The translations under genes and the position numbers were made by a program. This document shows positions 1-10,200 of a stretch of 64,000 nt of DNA, in pieces. Numbering within the stretch: the stretch's first letter is position 1; every line of letters starts with the position of its first letter. Below the pieces are notes generated by a model that did not search any database, was not told where the DNA came from, and saw nothing but the letters and a program-made list of their open reading frames with translations. Location of the stretch: positions 58,475 to 122,474 of the IMG/VR virus record IMGVR_UViG_3300042691_037350. One strand, written 5' to 3'. The DNA comes from a virus.

Positions 1-3000
1 AAAGCACTCAATGGGTCTGATAGATATGCTGTTGAGGAAGCTTTATCTACTAATAAAGTCTCAAAAAATAAATTAAATAAGTTTAGATCTTTACTAGGTA
101 TGGCAACAGGCGGGTCAATATCAGGGGAGGATACAGTACCTGCATTATTAACTCCTGGTGAGTTTGTTATAAATAAAAAAGCAGCTTCTAGAATAGGTTC
201 AGCTAAATTGCACCAGCTAAATAAAGCTGATAAACTTCAAGGATTTAATAAAGGGGGTCCTGTTGGTGGTTTCTATAGATTTGCTAGAGGAGGATCAGCA
301 CCAGGAGACTATACTGCTAATTTAGAAGGAGCAGTACAAAGAGCATTCCAAGACTTTGAAGGATTTATGAAAACATTTGGAGATATGGTTAATAGTCGTA
401 GAGATGCTTTGTACAAACTAAATCGTCAGTCCGGTATGTCAGCAGCAGACGCTAAGCAAAATGCTGATTTAAGAGCTAGAGGAGAAGGAGCACAATATTT
501 AGCCGATAGAGGAGTTATACGACAAGGCGTAGCAACAGGATTATCCAGAACTCTGAATCCGTCTGGACCAGAAGCTCAAGCTGGTGCTAGATTCATAGTT
601 CAAAGCATGCAGAAGGCTGCTCAGGCGTCTCAACAAGTAGCTCAAAATTCTAGTAGAACGGCAGGATTTTTTGATAAATTAAAGAATACAGCATCGTCTG
701 TTACTAGTTCTGTTGGTGGATTTTTAAATAAAATCAGAGGAGCAAATCTAACCCCGGAACAAAGACAAGACAGAAGAGACAGAAGACAATCTATTGCTAA
801 TTTGGGTATGGCAGCCACATTTGCAATACCAATGTTAGCAGATCAGATTGGTAATTCTATTGGTGGCACAAAAGGTGCTGGTGTAGCGGGTGCGGGTGCT
901 TCTTTTGGTACGGCAGTTGGTGTTGGCTCACAGTTTGGCCCATACGGAGCATTAGTAGGAGCTATTGCTGGAACAGTTATGGCCGTAGACGGATATAATC
1001 AGGGCATTGCAGAAAAAGAAAAAGAGCTTAGTCAACAGAAAATTGAATCGGAAACTAAGAGAATAGACTCCTCATTACAACAAGTAGAGAAAAATCCTCA
1101 GAATGCTGCCGCTACAACCGCGGTAGTAGCTAGTCTGCAAAAAATAGCAGGTGAAGAGGAAAAGGTTATGAGTGCCAATAGAAAGCTCAGGCAACCTACC
1201 ACATTACAAAAAATAGGTTCTTATTTTGGCTACGAAACAGGTAAAAGCACAGAAGATATTGCTCAAGAAAATACAGCAGCAAATAAGGCGGCGTCGGACG
1301 TTGCTATGCAGTTGCTAACATCCAAAGTTAATAGCGGTATGGGTTTCGATGCTGCACTAGCCTCAACAGGTAATGCCGCATTAGTGAAAGAACAAATCGC
1401 CCAAGGCGCTGGTGGAGAATTTGCTATTAAGGAAGCTAGATTAAGAGAAGTGAGAGCTAAATTTGAAGGTAAAACAGATTCTACTAGTAAAGAAATTGTT
1501 GCTAATCTTGATAAAGCACTACAAGAAAATACGGACGCGGCTTTTGCTTCTGCTACTGCTGGTTTAAAGGCAGCAGACGCGGATATACAACGGGCTAAAG
1601 CAGCTAAAGCAGTTGCTAAGGCTTTAAATTTAGCTAGTGTTAGTATAGATCGTACATTCTCTAATATGGAATCAGCCATTAGTAAAGCTAGTGCTCAATT
1701 GTCTATGGCTGGAGAAGATTTAGATGCTATAGCTAGCGGTAAAATTTCTACTAAGGCCAGATTTTCACAACAAAATGTTTTGGAAAATCCTAATGCATAT
1801 TCTAGTGCTGAAAGAAGCGCTGCTGTTCAACAAGCTGGTGGTCTTTTTGGCAGAGATTTAAGTTTTGTTACCAGACTTACTGAAGTTGGTGCTAATATTA
1901 AAAATACTATGACCAGGATGGGCGTTGATGCTCAACAATCTGGTAAGCCTAAAGAGATGGTCGCAGAAGAAATACAGCGAACTGTTGATAAACAACTTAG
2001 AGATGCTTTCGGAGACAATAATTTAAGTAGACAAATTAGTGAACAACTTAAACTAGCTTTACAAAATCAATTAGTTGATAAAGAATCTAAGGAAATAGAT
2101 CTTGATAAATTAATGTCGGAAACTACTGGCTTAACTAGCTTATTAGAGGCCGAAAAGAAAGCATACAAAGCTCTGGCCGATGCCGCAAAACTAGCCACAG
2201 ACTCTATCAATTTATATAGTGAACAAATTGATAAAGCAAATGCTATGCTTAATGAAGTTAACAGCATGAGAGGGGATAGTATTGCAACTAAAGCCTCTAA
2301 TGATTTTAGATTAACAGAAGTGTTAGGAGACAAGGTTGGTTTAAGAGATAGATTTGGGGCAAGACTAGAGGAGGGCGCTGCTAGAGCAGGAGTCAAACCC
2401 GGACAATTTAATCTTCCCGCTTTACAAGCTAGATTAGCTCAGTTATCTAATAATGCAACTGGTGTTCAACAAAACAGAGATCAGTTTCAACAGAATAATC
2501 AATTAACAGATCCTAAAACTATTCAGGGTATAGCTAATTTTAATAGATCTCTTAGTTCGTTAAATAACGACATAGAAAATACTAAAAAAGCAATTAAGGA
2601 TTTACCAAAAGATATTCAGGGTTTTATTGATGATACATTTAGTGAGTTACAAAAGAAAGTTAGTGAATTTGAAACTAAACAACAGGCAGGAGCTTCGTTT
2701 GGTGAGAAATTAGTAACTAGTACTCCACAAGAATTATTAGATTTAAATAATACATATAATTTAGTTAACAATACATTAAATGGTCAAGTTAGAACAATAC
2801 AACAATCCATAGCCGCACAACAAGCATATGCCAAGACGATTAATGATGGTGGTAATGCTATGGACGCTATGAATGCTGCTCAAAATGCATTTGCTAGTGA
2901 GAATAGAGCAGCTTTTAGTATGTTTAGTGAATTAATTAGTGTTGCTGGTATCGAAAAACCACAAGCTAATCAGATGAGAGCGGATTTTCTTGAGACTATG

Positions 3001-6000
3001 GCAAAATCTCAGGGGATGAATTTACAAAATAATCCACTATTAAATACTATTATTGCTAACTTGAGACAGGTTCCTCAAGATGATCCAGAGGTTGCTAGAT
3101 TAAAAACATTGTATCAAGAATTACAAAAGGCTCAACAACAAGCAGCAGAAGCAGCACGACAGATAGTAGTAGATGATGCTACTAAATTAATTACTGCTGC
3201 TGGAGATGCTGTTAAAAAGGCTATAGAAACTGCTAGAATTAGCTTTAACGAACAACAGCTTAATGATGTTGGTCTAGGTATTAGTAGACCAGTAGATGTA
3301 ATGACTAAATCAAAGGGTGGCGTGGTCTACGCTAGTAATGGTAAATTTATTCCACGAGGCACAGATACAGTTCCAGCCATGTTAACGCCGGGAGAGTTTG
3401 TTGTTAATGCTAAATCTGCGAGTAGTCACTTACCACTGTTAAATGCTATTAATAAATCCAAGGGTGGTATGGTTCAGTATTTAGAGGATGGCGGACCCGC
3501 TGTTGGTTCCCCTATGTGGAGATATAATAAAGCTCGTGAAATGTTTGGTCCTACACACAGAATTACTATGAGAGAAGGCGCTGCGGCCGGATTAAATCTT
3601 AACAGTCTTGGCAATCAAATTGATCCTTATTTAGCAAATAACCGTACCGGTAATGTATCATCTTCTCAAGCGCAGCAGATTGTTGATGATTATAGCACAA
3701 GCGCGGCACAATACAATACTACTAATGGTTTTAGAAATGGGTTGTCCACACCGGTGTCCGGTAAACCTAGTAGAGCTAGTGTTTTACCAAATAATGCTAA
3801 TTTCTCTACTAGATTATTTGCAAACGCTGCTGATTTTGGAGAAGGAGCATATGGTATAGTTAAGGATGTAGGAGGAGCCCTACGTACTGGTGCTGGTGCT
3901 GTTGGTAGAGGAATATATGGAGCGGCTTCTTCCGTTGGGGATTATTTTGGTAGGTTGAGAACATTCGCCAATGCTCCATATGCTGGTGACGATGTAGCTG
4001 GTGGATTATGGCGAACAGGTGTTAGAGCAGTACGCGGAGCATCGTATATTGGTTATACTGGAACCAGAGGATTAATAAGAGGATTGCAAGGATCCAACCT
4101 TGGTGGTGGTTTAGCTACCGCTGGTGCTGGTATGGCAGTAGATTATGCTCTTGGGTCTATGGGCGCTTCTGAAGGATTAAGAAGTACCGCTAGTGCAGCA
4201 ATTGATGCTGGTAGCACTCTACAACAAGGTACTCAAATAGGTATGGGGGCAGCAGCCTCCGCAAGAATTTTAGCAGAAATGGGTATACAATCAGCATATG
4301 AGGTTGGCAGCGCTGTTTATGATACTAAAGCTTATATAGATAAAAAACTAGAAGAAGGAGATGCTCAACAACAAGCTAGAAATGATTACGGTGTTGTTGG
4401 AGGTATCGGTAGTAATATTTTAGGAAATATTTTCGGAACTGACGCTAGTATATATAGACCAGGAACATGGATTCCGGGTCGTGGTATTCCAGCAGCGATT
4501 GGTAGAGTTAGTGTTAATACTGGAGATGCAATAAAAGCTAATCAACAAGCAGCAGATACCAAAAAATCAGTAGAAGCTAAACAAGCAGAAATGAATGCCC
4601 AGTTTCCTATGTTAATGGAGGATGGACAAACAAGAAATATAGGTGTTCTTGGAGAGCAATGGGTAAGACGCAGAGTTGAGCTAGAAAAAAATAAAAAGAA
4701 ATTAACAGAAACGGAATATCAGAGACAGTTAGCAATACTTAATCAGGATAGAGATGCTGTGGATGTTACTAAGGGTTGGTTTAGTAATACGACTACAAGA
4801 CGCATGAGTGCTAGTAATACAGACTTAGATCATGCTTACAAACAAGAAATGGGTCGTATGGAATCCGAACAAGCAGAAGCAAAACAAAAAGCAGAAACAC
4901 AACAAGCTCAACAAATGGCAAAAACAGCAGAGAGAATGTATGCCGCCGGAGCACAAGCCGCAGAAACTGTTGGCAATTTTGCTAGTAATATGTGGAATAG
5001 TGCTGTTAATACATATAATGGATGGGTAAAAGATTCTAAGGATAAAGCAGCGGCCAGGGCTGAAGCACAAAGAATCGAAAAAGATAATCAAACATCAGCA
5101 TCGGCTACTCGCTATATAAAACATCCGGCTGTACCTAGTTTAATAGAATCTAATAATCAATTAGCAGCAGAAAGATCAGCTAAACTAGCTAGACTTATGG
5201 AATTAAATGAGCCTGTGAATTTGGTGGATAAAGCTCAAGCAGAAGCAGAAAAAGAAAAGAGACAACAAGAAAAAGAAAGATTATTAAAAGAAATTAATAG
5301 TATTAATACTCAAATTGTTGATTCTAATATGGCAGTATATGCCAAAACCCCATCATCAGAAATTAATGCGGAATGGGACGCTTATAACAAAAATCAAGCT
5401 AAATTAGCTAAAAAAGCTGAAATGGAAAAAATTAGAGAGAACAAAATTGCTCAAAATAGAGCTATAGAAAAGGAGATGGGTTTAAGAAATTCTTTAGCTA
5501 AAGCAACCGGACTACCTATGCCCAGAGATCCAGAAAGAATGGCAGACTGGAGAGCTAAAGTTTTAAAGAAGATCGAAAGTAAATTCTATCTCAGCGGTGA
5601 TACAGCCAAGGATATTGAGTTGATGTCAAGTTATGGAATGAAGCCAGAATTGGCTAAAGAAATCTTACAGCCCATGACAGATGCTCAAAAAGATGCTATC
5701 TTTAGTGTTATGAGTAATCAGACAAGTGGAGGATTAGCTAAATATAGTGAAAATGATCTTAAACTATTAAAAATGAGTAAGGATGATATTATTAAACAAA
5801 GACTACTAGCAGAACAAAAATATGGAACTGATAGTATTGCTGCTGCGAATAATGAACAAAGAAGACAAGAATTAGAAAAAGCTAGACAAAAAGAGTTTGG
5901 AAAAGCCTCTAAACAAATAGGTAGATTTGATGCATTAGCTCAAAGAGGTGCTATGGGTTCGCCAGGACAGCAAAAAGCTATACAAAACAATCTATTCAAG

Positions 6001-7212
6001 AAAATGATTAAAGCAGGATACATAGACCCCTCTATGAGTGCAGAAGAAAATGCTCAAAGACTCTCCGCATTAAATATGAATGCTAATACGGTATCTTTCT
6101 TATATCCAAATCAAACTGGTGGTATGTTGGCTATGAAGAAAGCTCGTGGCGGCATAGTATATGCTGCTGAAGGACAATTAATTAATTTCCAACCACAAGG
6201 CACCGATACGGTTCCGGCTATGTTAACTCCTGGGGAATTTGTTGTTAATGCTAAATCTACCCAAAAGCATTTACCTTTATTAAAAGCTATTAATAAGCAA
6301 AAGGGTGGCAAAATAGGTTATTATGATGCTGGTGGCACTGTTGATTCATCGCTACTTAGAAATCAGCAAGCATCTACAAACGCTTCTAATATGCAAAATC
6401 AGGCTATTCGTTCTATTTATAATCAAACATCTGTCATCAATAAGCGAACATCTGTTATTGATAATACTAGTTCCTCTTTAGAACAAAGTGTTAAACAAAA
6501 TTATAATAATACTGATAAAGATTTAAATAGAATACAAAATATAGCTAACGAAACACTATCCTCATCCGAAGCGACTAGATCTGGTTTAACTAGAACCGGC
6601 TATTTTAATCAAGGTGGGGTTGTTTATGCGTCAAATGGTATGCTTATTCCATATAGGCCAAGAGGTACCGATACTGTGCCTGCTATGCTTACGCCGGGAG
6701 AATTTGTGGTTAATAAGCAGTCTACAGCTCAAAATCTACCATTATTAACAGCAATCAATAATGGTAATACATCTTTTATGTCCAAGGGCGGCAAAGTTAA
6801 TTATATGGCGGGTGGTGGGTTATTAGGTCAAATTCTTGGTCCCATGTCGAATTCATTTGTATTGTTAACAGAATCTATTAAATTAAGTGTAAAAGCTCTA
6901 CAAGACTATCAAAGACAATTAGCATCGACCCAACCAAATAGTGTATCTACTAATAGCGGTTCCGGACCATTGGCTGGCCTAGACGGATTAGGTCAATTTG
7001 TTGTAAAATTCGATCAGTTTATTGCAGCAGTAAATTCAATTAATTTACCACCGGTTATTAGTTTACAAGTAGCACCAATACAAGTTAATATCACAGGAGC
7101 AGAAGCGTTGACGCAAGCACTAGAAGGACCAATGGGAGAAATGCTGCATAAGCAAATTAGTTCCGCATTTGGAAGATTGTCTACTATAACCGAAGGCGCA
7201 TTACCAGGGTAA
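1..7212 (+). CDS. Tail tape-measure-like protein, 5'-truncated by the window edge (at least 2403 aa)
   Basis: Frame 1 is open from position 1 (KALNGSDRYAVEE...SLLG-MATGG), so the Met at 100 is internal. Long Ala/Gln/Lys-rich helical tracts and Gly/Ala hydrophobic segments (GAGVAGAGASFGTAVGVG). Four GG...DTVPAxLTPGEFV motifs of the type seen in tape-measure C-termini. Lies upstream of tail-tip-like genes. Confidence 0.8.
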   Translation, partial: KALNGSDRYAVEEALSTNKVSKNKLNKFRSLLGMATGGSISGEDTVPALLTPGEFVINKKAASRIGSAKLHQLNKADKLQGFNKGGPVGGFYRFARGGSAPGDYTANLEGAVQRAFQDFEGFMKTFGDMVNSRRDALYKLNRQSGMSAADAKQNADLRARGEGAQYLADRGVIRQGVATGLSRTLNPSGPEAQAGARFIVQSMQKAAQASQQVAQNSSRTAGFFDKLKNTASSVTSSVGGFLNKIRGANLTPEQRQDRRDRRQSIANLGMAATFAIPMLADQIGNSIGGTKGAGVAGAGASFGTAVGVGSQFGPYGALVGAIAGTVMAVDGYNQGIAEKEKELSQQKIESETKRIDSSLQQVEKNPQNAAATTAVVASLQKIAGEEEKVMSANRKLRQPTTLQKIGSYFGYETGKSTEDIAQENTAANKAASDVAMQLLTSKVNSGMGFDAALASTGNAALVKEQIAQGAGGEFAIKEARLREVRAKFEGKTDSTSKEIVANLDKALQENTDAAFASATAGLKAADADIQRAKAAKAVAKALNLASVSIDRTFSNMESAISKASAQLSMAGEDLDAIASGKISTKARFSQQNVLENPNAYSSAERSAAVQQAGGLFGRDLSFVTRLTEVGANIKNTMTRMGVDAQQSGKPKEMVAEEIQRTVDKQLRDAFGDNNLSRQISEQLKLALQNQLVDKESKEIDLDKLMSETTGLTSLLEAEKKAYKALADAAKLATDSINLYSEQIDKANAMLNEVNSMRGDSIATKASNDFRLTEVLGDKVGLRDRFGARLEEGAARAGVKPGQFNLPALQARLAQLSNNATGVQQNRDQFQQNNQLTDPKTIQGIANFNRSLSSLNNDIENTKKAIKDLPKDIQGFIDDTFSELQKKVSEFETKQQAGASFGEKLVTSTPQELLDLNNTYNLVNNTLNGQVRTIQQSIAAQQAYAKTINDGGNAMDAMNAAQNAFASENRAAFSMFSELISVAGIEKPQANQMRADFLETMAKSQGMNLQNNPLLNTIIANLRQVPQDDPEVARLKTLYQELQKAQQQAAEAARQIVVDDATKLITAAGDAVKKAIETARISFNEQQLNDVGLGISRPVDVMTKSKGGVVYASNGKFIPRGTDTVPAMLTPGEFVVNAKSASSHLPLLNAINKSKGGMVQYLEDGGPAVGSPMWRYNKAREMFGPTHRITMREGAAAGLNLNSLGNQIDPYLANNRTGNVSSSQAQQIVDDYSTSAAQYNTTNGFRNGLSTPVSGKPSRASVLPNNANFSTRLFANAADFGEGAYGIVKDVGGALRTGAGAVGRGIYGAASSVGDYFGRLRTFANAPYAGDDVAGGLWRTGVRAVRGASYIGYTGTRGLIRGLQGSNLGGGLATAGAGMAVDYALGSMGASEGLRSTASAAIDAGSTLQQGTQIGMGAAASARILAEMGIQSAYEVGSAVYDTKAYIDKKLEEGDAQQQARNDYGVVGGIGSNILGNIFGTDASIYRPGTWIPGRGIPAAIGRVSVNTGDAIKANQQAADTKKSVEAKQAEMNAQFPMLMEDGQTRNIGVLGEQWVRRRVELEKNKKKLTETEYQRQLAILNQDRDAVDVTKGWFSNTTTRRMSASNTDLDHAYKQEMGRMESEQAEAKQKAETQQAQQMAKTAERMYAAGAQAAETVGNFASNMWNSAVNTYNGWVKDSKDKAAARAEAQRIEKDNQTSASATRYIKHPAVPSLIESNNQLAAERSAKLARLMELNEPVNLVDKAQAEAEKEKRQQEKERLLKEINSINTQIVDSNMAVYAKTPSSEINAEWDAYNKNQAKLAKKAEMEKIRENKIAQNRAIEKEMGLRNSLAKATGLPMPRDPERMADWRAKVLKKIESKFYLSGDTAKDIELMSSYGMKPELAKEILQPMTDAQKDAIFSVMSNQTSGGLAKYSENDLKLLKMSKDDIIKQRLLAEQKYGTDSIAAANNEQRRQELEKARQKEFGKASKQIGRFDALAQRGAMGSPGQQKAIQNNLFKKMIKAGYIDPSMSAEENAQRLSALNMNANTVSFLYPNQTGGMLAMKKARGGIVYAAEGQLINFQPQGTDTVPAMLTPGEFVVNAKSTQKHLPLLKAINKQKGGKIGYYDAGGTVDSSLLRNQQASTNASNMQNQAIRSIYNQTSVINKRTSVIDNTSSSLEQSVKQNYNNTDKDLNRIQNIANETLSSSEATRSGLTRTGYFNQGGVVYASNGMLIPYRPRGTDTVPAMLTPGEFVVNKQSTAQNLPLLTAINNGNTSFMSKGGKVNYMAGGGLLGQILGPMSNSFVLLTESIKLSVKALQDYQRQLASTQPNSVSTNSGSGPLAGLDGLGQFVVKFDQFIAAVNSINLPPVISLQVAPIQVNITGAEALTQALEGPMGEMLHKQISSAFGRLSTITEGALPG
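100..6820 (+). repeat. Four dispersed copies of a ~60-aa motif (GGxV...DTVPAMLTPGEFVVN...LPLLxAIN...KGG) at about 100-270, 3313-3495, 6145-6335 and 6613-6820
   Basis: Visible in the translation. DNA copies differ mainly at third codon positions (gatacagtacct / gatacagttcca / gatacggttccg / gatactgtgcct). Confidence 0.9.
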
Positions 7213-7239
7213 TTTCCAATATAAAAGGGTTTATAGATT

Positions 7240-10200
7240 ATGAGTCATGATATTATCACAGATACATTGAGCATTGGTACTGGTATACCATATGACACTA
7301 TTATATCTACAGAATCTGGTGTCAATACTGTATTTAATCAGAATAAAAAAAATATAGATTTTGAAATTAGAGGCACAGGGAACTACGCTTCTTTATACTA
7401 TGATGCATCTGCCGGTAGATTAGGCATAGGCACAGGTTTACCAGACGCAGTATTGCATGTTATAGCGCCTTGTGCTAAAGATGGACTAATTTTAGAAAGT
7501 ATTACTAATTGTCCCACTGGTGTCACCCTCCTATTAGTGCATAATCCACAAACCCCACCACAAACTGGAAGTTATCCCGCCATTATCACCCTCGCTGGTA
7601 GAGACACTAATTATAATGAAATTGCCTATGGTCAAATTAAATCTAGGATATTAAATCCTGTTTCTTCTTCTACCAGTGGAGAAATTTTGTTTTTGGTTGA
7701 TCATACCGGTGTTGCTAAAGAAGTATTTGTTGCTGGGCTTACTAATTTAGTATTAGGGGCAAATAACAATGTATCTGGTTTTGCTTATGAAGTTATAGGG
7801 CATAATAATAAAGGATCCGGCAATTATTATCTCAATATAGGTTCCAATAACTCCGGATCATTATTAAATAATTCATTAAATATTGGCAATGCAAATATTA
7901 TACGCGGACCACACCTTTTCTCTATATCTAGCGATTCTTCTTTAAATGGTAGTGGTCTTTTCGCTTTAGGTTTTGATAATTTAGTATCGGGCAACAATTC
8001 TCTCGTATGCGGCTCTAATATTGTTAGTACTGGTATTAATAGTTTATTAATCGCCAATAATAGTAATATTAGTGGTGGTTATACCATAGCGCTCATACAA
8101 AATTCTACAATTTCTGGTGCTTCTGGTATAGTTTTAGGCACCAATACTAGTCTATCAGGCAATAATAATATTGGTATAGGTAATAATAATAATATCAATG
8201 GGCATTCAACAAACGTAATTGGTTCTACTGTAACCTCTTCTGGTAACAGAAATGTTATATTTGGAAATAATGTATTTTTGAGTGGTAATAATTTAATTGC
8301 GGTTGGATCCAATCAGATTGCATCAGGTATCAATGATGGTATTTTTATTGGTAACGATTTTGATTTAATTAATACTAGAAATGTTTTATATATAGGTTTT
8401 AATAATACTACCGAGTCTGGTTTGGCAAATAGTGTTATTCTTGGTGCTAATAATGATCTAGATAATGGTAGAATATCTCATATCCTATTATTGGGTCAAA
8501 ATAATACTACTAAAGATATAGAAAATTCTGTTATAATAGGAAACACAAATAACGCAAGCGGTACTCTCAAAAATAATATTTTAATAGGTAGTGGCAATGC
8601 GTTAATAGCAAATAATTATAATAATATTTTCTTGGGCGCTTTAAATAATCAAACGGGCGTATATATTAATTCACAGGGAGAAGTAAGCGGCAATCCATTA
8701 GCTATTAATGCGAATAACACTAATTCTATTTCCATTGGAACACAAAATCTTTCCACATTAAGTAATTCAAACGTATTAGTGGGAAATAAAAATATAGTAT
8801 CTGGTTTGAATGTTAGTGTTTTAGGATCTTTTAATAATCTAAGAAATACTAATAAAATATATGTATTAGGTAATTCTAATTATTTAGAAGGTGAAAATCT
8901 TATAGTATTAGGTAAAAATATTTTTGGTTTAGGTAAAGATATTATTGGTATTAATAATACTGACTTGCCAATGGATATATATGGTAGTGGTTCTGTTTCC
9001 ATAGGTAATAACACGGTAGTATGTAGTGGCATAGCGGTTGGTCACGGCAATAATATTAACGGTGTTTCTGGATTAATTTATGGTAGAAACAATGCTCTTG
9101 GTATTGCCAAGCACATGTTCACATACTCTATTGCAACACCATCGCAAATTAATATAAATGGTTTAGTTGGAGCCTTCTATAAAGAAAATGATGAAGTCTT
9201 AGTACAGGTAAAAAATCCTGGTGGTACTGATAACTTATATAAATTTCAATTAAATTCTGTTGTTGAAGATACGTTTAATACTAGAACCACATTAAATTTA
9301 GGCGGAGTTATTAATACCGCTGGATTATCTAATAGATACTATGTATTAAATAATAGTTTTGATGATAATAATGCTCCTAATACTGTGGGTAGTGGTATTG
9401 TTATAGCATTAAAAAACTACGAAGCCTCAAAATTTTATGGTTCTAATAATATAGTGCTTGGTAGTAATAATAATGCTTTATATAGCGACAGCATTCTTAT
9501 TGGTAATAGAAATAATTCGTCTGGTAATAATACTATTGTTATTGGTCATGGGATTAGCGGAGTAGGTGATGGTTCAGTTCACATTGGTACTTCTAATGCT
9601 AATAAACTAATTCTAGACAATACTCAGATAGTTATAAACACCGGTACCGTACAACAACAAATTGTGGTTAGAGGTTCTAACGGTAATATTGTAGAATATC
9701 ATGATTTAGTCAATTCTAGACTCGGATTAAATAATTCATCACCAAGATCATCATTAGATGTAAGCGGCGTTGTAACAGCCCAAGCTTTTAGAATGGGTTT
9801 ATCTACTACTAGTGGCTCGGTACTAACCGCGGATGCTAGTGGGGTTGGGTCATGGGTATTGCCGGTCAATTTATCTGGTACTAATCAAGGATTACTATTT
9901 AGAGTTAGTGATAAAGTAGCTAGCGGTATAGATAGTATACGTTATGTTAGTGCTAGTACTGGTATTAATTTTTATGATAATATTTATATTTTAAGAAATT
10001 CTGGCATTATTGTTAATGCTGATAAAGGTACTAATATACTACCAGCCACGTTTACCGTTTGGGGTTCTGGAGGTGCGTTTGCTCCCAAGTTAATGGAATT
10101 ATTACCAGCACAAAATGTAGCTAATTTTTATAGAATGACTGCTGAGTCTGGTACCTTAACAGGTTTAAGTGTAAATACAGCTATTAATATTCCAAGAAGT

